From IMG/VR virus record IMGVR_UViG_3300037541_000696, positions 1 through 64,000 of that record: a DNA stretch of 64,000 bases, one strand, 5' to 3'. Under the pieces are notes generated by a model, which had not been told where the DNA came from, did not search any database, and worked only from the letters and a program-made list of their open reading frames with translations. This document shows positions 8,963 through 17,117 of this stretch, one piece after another; the first letter of the stretch is position 1, and each line of letters begins with the position of its first letter. Source of the DNA: a virus. The translations under genes and the position numbers were made by a program.

Positions 8963-10072
8963 ATGCCACGCGGCCGCCGCACACAATACGTCCGGGACAA
9001 CTCAGGCCGGTTCTCCTCGACTCCCGGAGGTGGGCCGTCCAAGTCGTCTCCTGCGGCCGTTCGCAAGGCCGCCAAGGCCGCTTCGACAAAAGGCGGAAGC
9101 CTTGCTGCGCGAACCTCGCTGAAAAAATCTAAAGCGAAACTAATAACTTCTCCTAGTCCACAACAAAAAGGTGCCGTCACCCGTGGGCAGAAAGCAGCTC
9201 GCGCCGCAATCAAGGCCAGTAAAACTAAGATTGCTTCGACAGTGGGATCAAGGCTTAGAAAATCAACAGCAGGCAAACTTTCGGATTTAATCGCAAAACG
9301 AAAAGATAGCAACACACCTGCAACAGGAATAAAACAAACAAGCAATCAGAGCACGGCAGACAAGATCAAATCCACAATCAAAAAGGGGCCTATTACATCT
9401 AGGTCAAAAACCGTGCCGCCTCCTCCGCCTAGTCCAAAGCGATCTAAAACCAAAGAAACCAAAAGGGTTAATCTAGCCGCTGAGCGTGCAAAAAAGATGG
9501 TAACAAGAACAGGCGTGATCTCTGGCAGCAAGTTTGAAAGCGGACAATCTGTTAAGACCATGAGTCTCAAGGAGATGCGTAGTGCTGTAATCAAGGCGGT
9601 GAAAGGATCGGGTAAATTTGGGATGGCAACTATTGCAAATGAGGCTGGTACGGGAACGGGAATGGCAGAGATACGGTCCGGGCGGATGCCCAGAACACGT
9701 GGAGAGTGGGAAAAGGCTTATCGAGCACTTGTGCAAGTGCCAATGAGTGAACGCGGAAGAAAAGAGCGTCCAGGTATTGTCAACGGGATTGATATTCACA
9801 AAAACTTTAGGCCATGGGCTGTGTTTAAGTTAAACCCTAAAACAGCAACAAAGCAGGATGTTGAGGCAGCATTTAGAAGTGTTGCCAAAAAAGTGCATCC
9901 TGATGTTGGCGGTCGAAGAAAGGATTTTGAGCGGATTAAAAAGATGCGCGACTCTGCAATAGCACTGATGAAGCCAGTGCCGACAAAGGCTGGCGCGAAA
10001 AAATCGAAACCATCCAAAAAGACCACTGCAAAATCAAGTGGTCCTAAGCTTCTTCCCGCAACAAGATCCTGA
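8963..10072 (+). CDS. Basic late protein C (paralog 3) with C-terminal J-domain
   Basis: RRTQYVRDNSGRF N-terminus; PWAVFKL...AFRSVAKKVHPDVGG...FERIKKMRD J-domain with HPD. Confidence 0.8.
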   Translation: MPRGRRTQYVRDNSGRFSSTPGGGPSKSSPAAVRKAAKAASTKGGSLAARTSLKKSKAKLITSPSPQQKGAVTRGQKAARAAIKASKTKIASTVGSRLRKSTAGKLSDLIAKRKDSNTPATGIKQTSNQSTADKIKSTIKKGPITSRSKTVPPPPPSPKRSKTKETKRVNLAAERAKKMVTRTGVISGSKFESGQSVKTMSLKEMRSAVIKAVKGSGKFGMATIANEAGTGTGMAEIRSGRMPRTRGEWEKAYRALVQVPMSERGRKERPGIVNGIDIHKNFRPWAVFKLNPKTATKQDVEAAFRSVAKKVHPDVGGRRKDFERIKKMRDSAIALMKPVPTKAGAKKSKPSKKTTAKSSGPKLLPATRS

Positions 10073-10542
10073 TGGCCACAGCTTTCGCTCAGTTTCCAGG
10101 AATGCGCATGATGTGGCGCAGGCCGATATCAGCGCCAACTAACCTGAGGGAGGGTGTTGCAGCAACTACTGATAGTGTTGTGATTGAGGCCTATGTTGTT
10201 ACAAATGGTCCAAATGATGAGCAATCGCTTGGCGGCCAAAGTTTTGGTGCCGCTAATATAAGAGGAAATGTAACCCGATGGGCAGTGCTTCCAAGTGGCG
10301 CAAATTGGCTAGATATTGGATCGTCTTGGTCATGGGATGATTCTGGACTGAAGCCAACTGGGCTGCCGAGAGGTGAAAAGATGAAGGCATTTTTAGGTGC
10401 AACAACAAATTTGCCATCCCTTGGTGATGGAGAAGTCGGATGGTTAACTATTGCAACAATGTCAAGCGAAGGCGGGATTGATGGTATTGTAAGACAATTT
10501 GCCGGCGATAAGTTTACGGGAACATTTGCTGCGGGAAGATGA
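10072..10542 (+). CDS. Putative head-closure/stopper protein
   Basis: Position before neck and tail genes; no motif recognised. Confidence 0.4.
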   Translation: MATAFAQFPGMRMMWRRPISAPTNLREGVAATTDSVVIEAYVVTNGPNDEQSLGGQSFGAANIRGNVTRWAVLPSGANWLDIGSSWSWDDSGLKPTGLPRGEKMKAFLGATTNLPSLGDGEVGWLTIATMSSEGGIDGIVRQFAGDKFTGTFAAGR

Positions 10543-11039
10543 AAGCAACCGCTAGAGTAAAAGGTGTTAAATTAAGGGCTGATTTTAATGCAAGGGTTAA
10601 TCTTGCGGCTGAACGCGCGGCTGGAGTTGTGTTTCCCGAGCTGAATTCAGCTTTCATGGCGGCAATCGGAGCTGAGGTTTGGAAGTGGCCGCGTCAAACA
10701 GTGCGGAGCGGAAGTTACAGAAAAGATGGGACAAGAACAGAGGGAATTATTGTTGGAAGTCCGCGCAATATCGTAGATCTTGGAACGTTAAGAGCATCTG
10801 GATATTATACTGTATCTGGCACGCTAGGTACATTCAAATGGCCTGTAAGCTACGCTACTGCCGTACATTATGGCGCAAGAATTCACCCATGGGGAAACAA
10901 GCGAGCAAAGCTAGTTGATTTACCGGCAAGACCATGGACGTCTGCTGTGCTGGGAACAATCAAAGTTCCCGGCATTGAACCATTTCCGTATGGTAGACTA
11001 TTCAAGCTAGCTTTTATTTCTGAGTACAGAAAACTATGA
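10539..11039 (+). CDS. Neck/tail-completion protein (HK97 gp10-like)
   Basis: VDLGTLRAS...YATAVHYG...PARPW motifs. Confidence 0.7.
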   Translation: MKATARVKGVKLRADFNARVNLAAERAAGVVFPELNSAFMAAIGAEVWKWPRQTVRSGSYRKDGTRTEGIIVGSPRNIVDLGTLRASGYYTVSGTLGTFKWPVSYATAVHYGARIHPWGNKRAKLVDLPARPWTSAVLGTIKVPGIEPFPYGRLFKLAFISEYRKL

Positions 11040-11761
11040 GCGCACTTGATTTTATTCCATGGGAAGTTGCACCCCAAGCCGAGCAGATTGAGCCGGCTTT
11101 GATTGCATGGAAAGGCGGAAGCTTCACTATTCCGAGGCTGGGATATTTGACAACTCACGAATTGCAGCGCATTCGTGAAGTTGACCCCAAAAATAGTATC
11201 TATAGACTTTCTATAGATGCAACGAATAAAATTTATGGCGCAATGGAATCTGATGGGGTTGAAGATATTCCAACAAGGGAGCAAATCTTTATGATTTTGA
11301 ATGTTCTCAACACAGAAGGCATGGGAGCAGTAAATATCGACTTTGGATTTAATCCAGTAAAAGAATTGGTCGAAAGCTACACGGGCATTATTCAACCCTT
11401 TGTTGAAAACTGCAAGGTTATTTTTGATGCTCTTGTGATTCGCGGAGCAACCGTAATGATGCAAAGAATAAAGCCGGATTGGACTGATGAAAAAACGATA
11501 GAACTACCGGAAGGATTGCGCCACAAGTTATATAGCATTCAACAGGAGGAAGACTATGCTGGGCGCGACACAGATCAGGAATCACAACGCAAAGCGATTG
11601 AGGAAGATCTAAAAAAGCTTCGAGAGGCGATGCAGTCTATTGCGATAGACCGAACTTCGCTAAATTATACTGGGAAGCAGCTAAGATCTGGCCCGGAAGG
11701 GAAGAATTTAGCAGGCGATGGTTCGGCCATCTTCCTGGATGGTACGTCATCAAATCAATAG
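11036..11761 (+). CDS. Tail assembly chaperone (gpG-like)
   Basis: Contains in-frame slippery heptamer A AAA AAG; next to tail tube gene. Confidence 0.75.
   Translation: MSALDFIPWEVAPQAEQIEPALIAWKGGSFTIPRLGYLTTHELQRIREVDPKNSIYRLSIDATNKIYGAMESDGVEDIPTREQIFMILNVLNTEGMGAVNIDFGFNPVKELVESYTGIIQPFVENCKVIFDALVIRGATVMMQRIKPDWTDEKTIELPEGLRHKLYSIQQEEDYAGRDTDQESQRKAIEEDLKKLREAMQSIAIDRTSLNYTGKQLRSGPEGKNLAGDGSAIFLDGTSSNQ
11611..11617 (+). other. -1 programmed frameshift site A_AAA_AAG
   Basis: -1 frame open from here into ORF 11791-12309. Confidence 0.8.
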
Positions 11762-12309
11762 AAGTCGGATACAGGTTAGAGCGCGAAAGGTTGCATCGAG
11801 AAGAGTTGACCACGGCACAGCTTGCGTTAATTCAAGCAGAATCAAATCGTAATAAAGAAACAAAGCCTGAGCCATTTAAGCTACAAGATTTTTGTTTCTT
11901 TGCTGATACGACTGAAACCCCTAAGCCGCCAAGTGCGGCTGGTGCAGCCATGCTTGCGCTTTTAGAACAAGATTTATTCCCACATTGGGCAATCAATGGC
12001 CCTTGGCTGGAAGACTTGGAGCGGGAAGGGAAGGGCGTTGATCCGCCCCATAGGCTGTGCTGGGCAGCCGAGGATGCAATCCTATTGGCTCCGTGGCGCC
12101 ATGATTCGAGCCACTGGAGCGGGATGCTAATTGCCATGGCAAGCGCCGTCGGGCAAGTGCGGCATTTTTATGATGAAAAGGGAGAGTCTATCATTTTAGA
12201 AGTTCCTGTAAATGCAGTGCCAAAAAATGCCTTTTCTGGCGGAATGGCTGATGCAGTGTTAGAAATAAAATACGGGAAAACTAGCACAGAAAGCACCATT
12301 CTCCGATGA
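11614..12309 (+). CDS. gpT portion of tail chaperone gpGT (frameshift product)
   Basis: Stop-free -1 frame ...FAKLYWEAAKIWPG...LHREELTTAQLALIQAESNR...FCFF. Confidence 0.75.
   Translation, partial: KASRGDAVYCDRPNFAKLYWEAAKIWPGREEFSRRWFGHLPGWYVIKSIEVGYRLERERLHREELTTAQLALIQAESNRNKETKPEPFKLQDFCFFADTTETPKPPSAAGAAMLALLEQDLFPHWAINGPWLEDLEREGKGVDPPHRLCWAAEDAILLAPWRHDSSHWSGMLIAMASAVGQVRHFYDEKGESIILEVPVNAVPKNAFSGGMADAVLEIKYGKTSTESTILR
12273..12282 (+). promoter_or_regulatory. Late promoter box CGGGAAAACT
   Basis: 33 nt before ATG 12306. Confidence 0.75.
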
Positions 12310-13166
12310 CCACCACAGTCGCTTACACGCCTATTCTGAATCGTCAGCACTATATCGTGCCAATGCGGATGAGTAGTATTGTGCTGGAGGATGCTGCTAC
12401 TGCCGCCGCGAGCAATGGCTCTGCGTTGAGCGCATGGCTTGATGCTGCTGATGCCATGAGTGGCGTAAAAACTGTCACCACATCTGGCAGTGGATCCACC
12501 TTTGAAATCCTGATCGGATCTGAAACGTTTACGATTACAAACGTTGCACGATCAACTGGTGTTGTAACGCTTACGTTTAGTGCTAACCCAACAGGGAAGG
12601 TTGCTGTTGGTGACTTCATTAAAGTTGCTGCAGTGACAAATACTGGTGTCAATGGCACTTTTGAGGTGAAAAGTGTTACAACAACGGGCGTAACCTACGA
12701 TCAATCTGGAACCAATATCACGGCCGGCGTTGATACAGGAACTGCAATCAGTGGCGTATATCCACTAAATGGATTGGGTAGGCCAATTCTGCTCAACAAT
12801 ATCACTGGTGCTCCGCTTTCTAGTAATACAAATACAGAAAGTGTAATCACTGATGATGCTGTAACGCTTGGATCTACGGTTACGGTTGCACTAAGCGATT
12901 CGCGCAGTGCTGCCGTGAAAGGCATGACTGTTCATCGCAGTCTTGATCACAAGATAATGCAAATCTTTGACACATTTGGAACCGCTGAGCAACTCGCATT
13001 CAAGTATTTGCGAGTTGGGCCAGGTGGCACCACAGAAAAGAAACTGTGCTATGCACAATTTTCTTCAATCTCCGAAGAAGGCGATAGCGGAACTCTCGCT
13101 AAGTTCAATACAACGATGACAGTCTTGGGTCGTGTTTATACAATCTTTGACAATACTGCAGCCTAA
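12306..13166 (+). CDS. Major tail (tube) protein with inserted beta-rich domain
   Basis: Thr/Ser/Val-rich; own late box and strong terminator; adjacent to tail chaperone. Confidence 0.7.
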   Translation: MTTTVAYTPILNRQHYIVPMRMSSIVLEDAATAAASNGSALSAWLDAADAMSGVKTVTTSGSGSTFEILIGSETFTITNVARSTGVVTLTFSANPTGKVAVGDFIKVAAVTNTGVNGTFEVKSVTTTGVTYDQSGTNITAGVDTGTAISGVYPLNGLGRPILLNNITGAPLSSNTNTESVITDDAVTLGSTVTVALSDSRSAAVKGMTVHRSLDHKIMQIFDTFGTAEQLAFKYLRVGPGGTTEKKLCYAQFSSISEEGDSGTLAKFNTTMTVLGRVYTIFDNTAA

Positions 13167-13177
13167 TTGCTGTGGAA

Positions 13178-13209
13178 CAAAAACCCCGACTATTAAGCCG
13201 GGGTTTTTG
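13178..13209. terminator. Bidirectional intrinsic terminator
   Basis: CAAAAACCCCG...CGGGGTTTTTG between convergent genes. Confidence 0.85.
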
Positions 13210-13220
13210 TGCCCAGTAAT

Positions 13221-14306
13221 CTACTGCTGCCTAATCTGAACTGGCATAATCAAAAATAGATCATCACTTTCTCCGTCTGTTAAAACTGCAGGAGTGGTCT
13301 CCGTATTCATGCTTAATATAATTTTTTCACTATTCAATCCCTTAAGCGCGTCGGTCAGGTATCGCGCATTAAAGGCGATCACTATATCGTCTCCGCCAAA
13401 TTCAACCGGCAAGGACTCTGATGCCTTGCTGCCTTCGGCATCGGCGTTGATCCTGAGCAGCTGATCACTGCTGCTAAAAGATAGTCTAACCATGTTATTT
13501 GTGATAGCAGCAACAGTAGATACTCTACTGACTGCCGCAATTAACGATTTGCGATCAATTGTCGCAGTCCTTTTAAAATTTGGCGGAATTAACTGTTCGT
13601 AGTCTGGAAATGTTGACGCAAATGTGCTTGTTACGATTTGAATGTTTCCGGTCTCAATAAGTAACTGAGTCTTGGCTTGAGTCAACGCAATATCTTCTGC
13701 AGATAGTTTGATGGCTTCAGCCAGGGATGCGGCTGGAATAGTTAAGTCAATATCATGCCCTGCCGCATCGAATGCTGCCACACCTAGCCTATGGCCATCT
13801 GTTGCGGCGCACTTAATTGTGTTGCCTTTTCCTCTGATATTGACACCCATTAGTTGCTGCTTAGCTTCGTCAAGTGAAGCGCAAGTGCTGACGGCTTTCG
13901 CAGCGCGTGCAAAACTTGATGGTAGCACTGTGCTAGTGCCACTAATTGTAGGAAAATCAGGAAAATCTTCTGGATTTGCTGTGCTCAACTCATAACTTCC
14001 TGATGTAGATGTGATAATCATCGTTTCACCGACGACATTTAGTGATAATGGACCATCGGAGGGTAGCTTGGACGTTATCTCAGTGAGGATTCGATAGGGT
14101 GTTGCGGTGATTCCTGTTGTCGCAACTGAAGCAGGAATTGTCACTCTAATTCCAAGTGACAAATCATACCCCGTGACGCGAACTGAGTTATCAAACGCCT
14201 CCACAAGGACGTTAATCATGATCGGGTGAGCCGGGCGATTTGGCACGGCTTTGGCGATGGAATGCAACGCCTGAGCGAACTCAGACTGAGAGAGAACGAC
14301 TTCCAT
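13221..14306 (-). CDS. dnaN: DNA polymerase III beta sliding clamp
   Basis: ATDGHRL, FPDYEQLIP, IAFNARYL, LIMPVQIR motifs. Confidence 0.95.
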   Translation of the reverse strand: MEVVLSQSEFAQALHSIAKAVPNRPAHPIMINVLVEAFDNSVRVTGYDLSLGIRVTIPASVATTGITATPYRILTEITSKLPSDGPLSLNVVGETMIITSTSGSYELSTANPEDFPDFPTISGTSTVLPSSFARAAKAVSTCASLDEAKQQLMGVNIRGKGNTIKCAATDGHRLGVAAFDAAGHDIDLTIPAASLAEAIKLSAEDIALTQAKTQLLIETGNIQIVTSTFASTFPDYEQLIPPNFKRTATIDRKSLIAAVSRVSTVAAITNNMVRLSFSSSDQLLRINADAEGSKASESLPVEFGGDDIVIAFNARYLTDALKGLNSEKIILSMNTETTPAVLTDGESDDLFLIMPVQIRQQ

Positions 14307-14324
14307 GATGAAAAAAGCAAAGAG

Positions 14325-14489
14325 CTAGAGGTGATCAATATCAAGAAAAATCTTGATATTGTCTTGATTGGCATGGATCACCCATGCCGAAACAGGAACA
14401 ACAACCAACAGAAAACCTAGCAAGACTTGCCAGTGAATTAGTGGTTGCTTTTGGCGTAATCGCCTTAAGCGGCGTGACTTAAATGTCAT
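14325..14489 (-). CDS. Small membrane protein (54 aa, not in ORF track)
   Basis: MTFKSRRLRRLRQK...VLLGFLLVVVPVSAWV; ATGA overlap with upstream gene. Confidence 0.5.
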   Translation of the reverse strand: MTFKSRRLRRLRQKQPLIHWQVLLGFLLVVVPVSAWVIHANQDNIKIFLDIDHL

Positions 14490-14842
14490 GACCGACTAAG
14501 GCACTCATTCAAGTGTTTGATTTGACTGTCGTGAATCATTCCTCTCTGCACTTCAATCAAGGCATTTATTACCGTTGTTTTTACTAGATTGACAAATGCT
14601 TTTGGCATTTTATCTAGCGCTAAAAAGCCACCTTGACATGAAACTTCAGTTAGCAAAATATCATTAGGCTTAAACTTTAACCACGGATAAAAGGGGTCAA
14701 ATCCAAAAGCGCCTTGAACATAAAACTTGTGCATCCATGGATCTGAGTCATTGCTAATTTGTATATTCCAATGAAATTCAGGTGACCTATTGCGCCACCA
14801 AAATGACCCGATACAGCCGCCTTCAGAGTTAATGTTGATCAT
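14486..14842 (-). CDS. Hypothetical protein
   Basis: Coupled ORF in nblA-dnaN block. Confidence 0.6.
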   Translation of the reverse strand: MININSEGGCIGSFWWRNRSPEFHWNIQISNDSDPWMHKFYVQGAFGFDPFYPWLKFKPNDILLTEVSCQGGFLALDKMPKAFVNLVKTTVINALIEVQRGMIHDSQIKHLNECLSRS

Positions 14843-15497
14843 CTTTGTTGCAGGGGTGCTGTTTGATTTTACCGAGAACCGGTCGGATCCGCTCGAATGT
14901 TAAGTTAAGACATGCTACAGTTCTTTTTTGCTCTACGGAGCGCTGTATTGTATGATGGCTTACATTAAAGTGCCTGGCGGCGATTGGAGCACTATCCCAT
15001 TCCTCACCTGTCTCTACGCACCTAATGGTGTAAGGTGATTTTTTCGCAAGAGAAAGACTGCTTCTTATCGCGTTGATTGTATCCATGTCTTCTATCACTA
15101 AATAAAGCTTGTCGCATGAAATGCCATGAAACAATTCTGGATGCAACAATGCTAATCGCGCGAGTTTTTTTCTCTCAACATACCAAAAATACTCCTTAAA
15201 AGGTTTAAGAATACAACTTAACTCAGGATTCTGGATTAGCTGTTTACAAAAAAGTTCGCTCCACCCAAGCATTCGTCTTACGTCCACCAATTTAATAATA
15301 GACGAATCTGACACTGCCCATGAAAGCTTTAGATGTTCGCATTTCCATTTAATAGAATGCCATGTTCTTTTTGGCCAGCCACGATTCAGCGCAGTCTGAT
15401 TATATCGCCTTATGACAGAGGCGAATGGATATTCACCTACGTTTGATCGCAAAAAATCAACCTCTTCTTGTGACCACTTATGTTTTTCCATAATCAA
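14829..15497 (-). CDS. Putative DNA-binding protein (Myb/SANT-like N-terminus, NUMOD1-like C-terminus)
   Basis: KWSQEEVDFL; IRCVETGEEWDS...AARHFNV. Confidence 0.55.
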   Translation of the reverse strand: MIMEKHKWSQEEVDFLRSNVGEYPFASVIRRYNQTALNRGWPKRTWHSIKWKCEHLKLSWAVSDSSIIKLVDVRRMLGWSELFCKQLIQNPELSCILKPFKEYFWYVERKKLARLALLHPELFHGISCDKLYLVIEDMDTINAIRSSLSLAKKSPYTIRCVETGEEWDSAPIAARHFNVSHHTIQRSVEQKRTVACLNLTFERIRPVLGKIKQHPCNKDDQH

Positions 15498-16246
15498 TCA
15501 AACAACCATGCCCAACCTTTGAATGGCCCACCTACAAGCCATCGCGGATTAAAGTTTTTGTAACTGTATTTTTGGTTCATTCCATGTATTCCTCCGACTT
15601 TGACAAAGCCGCCATTCACTAGATCCTGTTCACCATAAGGATCATGCACAATCCATCCGCTGCTGTCATACCCAATGATAACAACGTAGTGCCCTCCTCC
15701 TGATGGGGCTGTTGCTGGCCCATGATGCAACATCCCGACCGCTAGCGGGCGACCAGCGTCAATCTCCTGTTTTGCCTGCCCTTCAGAGCAGTCAGTAACA
15801 AACCGATACTTAATCTTAAGCGAGGCAAGAGCTTTTGACACGCTGGCTTGATTTGTTACATCACCATAGCTCTTGACGAGCTTTACAAATCCATTGTCAT
15901 CTATAATTCCTGGCCCGAAGGGATCTTTGACGCGCAAAAAGTTTAAGCACATTGCAACCGATGTAGGCTGGCATTCTCGCCACCCTTCAGGGCCATTATC
16001 GCCTTGCGCAAAATAATGAACTGTCAAGGGATTTTTCTTGACAATCACAGGTGAAAATGTTTTGGCCCATTGAGCATTTTCGCTTAAGATCTGATCAGCC
16101 GGGACACCGCTTTGAATAGCTTCATATAGCCGCTTAACACCATCTTTTTGGTGTTTAATTGCGGGATTATAAGCCTTGAAGCGGTCTTCAAACCGCTCAA
16201 ATGTCATCAGAGTCATTAGAGTTGCCAGGAAGAAATGGTCTCCCAT
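15494..16246 (-). CDS. C39-like cysteine peptidase, probable endolysin
   Basis: YFAQGDN..RECQPTSVAM, GGGHYVVIIGYD, WIVHDPYG (C/H/D triad); start may be a few codons downstream. Confidence 0.8.
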   Translation of the reverse strand: MGDHFFLATLMTLMTFERFEDRFKAYNPAIKHQKDGVKRLYEAIQSGVPADQILSENAQWAKTFSPVIVKKNPLTVHYFAQGDNGPEGWRECQPTSVAMCLNFLRVKDPFGPGIIDDNGFVKLVKSYGDVTNQASVSKALASLKIKYRFVTDCSEGQAKQEIDAGRPLAVGMLHHGPATAPSGGGHYVVIIGYDSSGWIVHDPYGEQDLVNGGFVKVGGIHGMNQKYSYKNFNPRWLVGGPFKGWAWLFD

Positions 16247-16297
16247 CCGAGGGAGTGAAGGCGATTCAGAGTAGTCAGCTCAAGATCTGGTGAAACA

Positions 16298-16582
16298 TCA
16301 TAGACCACAGGCATCCCGATCGCTAGAGGGGGAGGATCCGATGGTTCCTCGCAGATCAATCGGATTTGGTTGTGCATTAGCAAGAGTCTCTCTCATAAAG
16401 AATATCGTAGCAGCCTTCTGAGTGTGCCACGCTTCAACCAGTTGCTTGCACAGCCCTCGGAGTTTCTCGATATCGCGTTCTTCGCCGATAATACGCAATT
16501 GCCGTTCAAGTTCAAATTTTTGTTGTAGTGATAAATTCATTGATGATGGCTGATCTGATGGGTTTGGCTGTAAAGTGGCCAT
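16298..16582 (-). CDS. nblA: NblA-like phycobilisome degradation adaptor
   Basis: LSLQQKFELER...LRGLCKQLVEAWHTQKAA resembles picocyanobacterial/cyanophage NblA. Confidence 0.7.
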   Translation of the reverse strand: MATLQPNPSDQPSSMNLSLQQKFELERQLRIIGEERDIEKLRGLCKQLVEAWHTQKAATIFFMRETLANAQPNPIDLRGTIGSSPSSDRDACGL

Positions 16583-16606
16583 TTCAGCGGAATGAATCGC
16601 GAGCAC

Positions 16607-16655
16607 ACTGTAGGTCAAAAAATGATAGGATGCACGTACTGTAACAATACGTCAT
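16607..16655 (-). promoter_or_regulatory. Early-type promoter with HLR1-like tandem repeat (nblA block)
   Basis: ATGACGTA-tt-GTTACAGT, TACAGT 33 bp downstream. Confidence 0.6.
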
Positions 16656-17085
16656 GGCGTTGCCGATCAATTCGTATCAAATCTTCGACCTGCTGGCGGC
16701 CGACTCAACGCTGACGGCACTTCTAGGCGTGCATCGTCTCAGGGATGGCACCACAAGGCCCGCACTGGCGCACCTATGGCCCAACGAGGCGATAGAGGCG
16801 ACATCAGAATCCGCAGGGGTGGAGGTCATAGTCTACCGGTCTCCCATGGGATCCGCAACGCAGCTTGCGGAGACCGGGCAGATCGTGCCAAATTTAACAT
16901 TCAAGCTTGCCGTGACGCAATGGAAGCCAATATCTGGTGCATATAATCAATCTGCTGTTATTAACAGGCTGCTTCAATTGCTGCCAGGCGCAAACGCATC
17001 GGACGTAACAATAGATAATTTAACAGCCGGATTGCAACAACATATCATTACATGGCAATGTGTGGCCGCTGTGATTTTGCCATAA
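16654..17085 (+). CDS. Tail terminator-like protein
   Basis: IFDLLAADSTLTALLG N-terminus; precedes tape measure. Confidence 0.55.
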   Translation: MALPINSYQIFDLLAADSTLTALLGVHRLRDGTTRPALAHLWPNEAIEATSESAGVEVIVYRSPMGSATQLAETGQIVPNLTFKLAVTQWKPISGAYNQSAVINRLLQLLPGANASDVTIDNLTAGLQQHIITWQCVAAVILP

Positions 17086-17095
17086 CGGGAAAACT
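17086..17095 (+). promoter_or_regulatory. Late promoter box CGGGAAAACT
   Basis: 32 nt before GTG 17118. Confidence 0.75.
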
Positions 17096-17117
17096 ACAAG
17101 CAGAATAGTTTAATTGC

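Noticed and set aside
14336-14361. 11-bp inverted repeat upstream of dnaN
   Set aside because: AT-rich, inside a probable small ORF, single copy; no function supportable.
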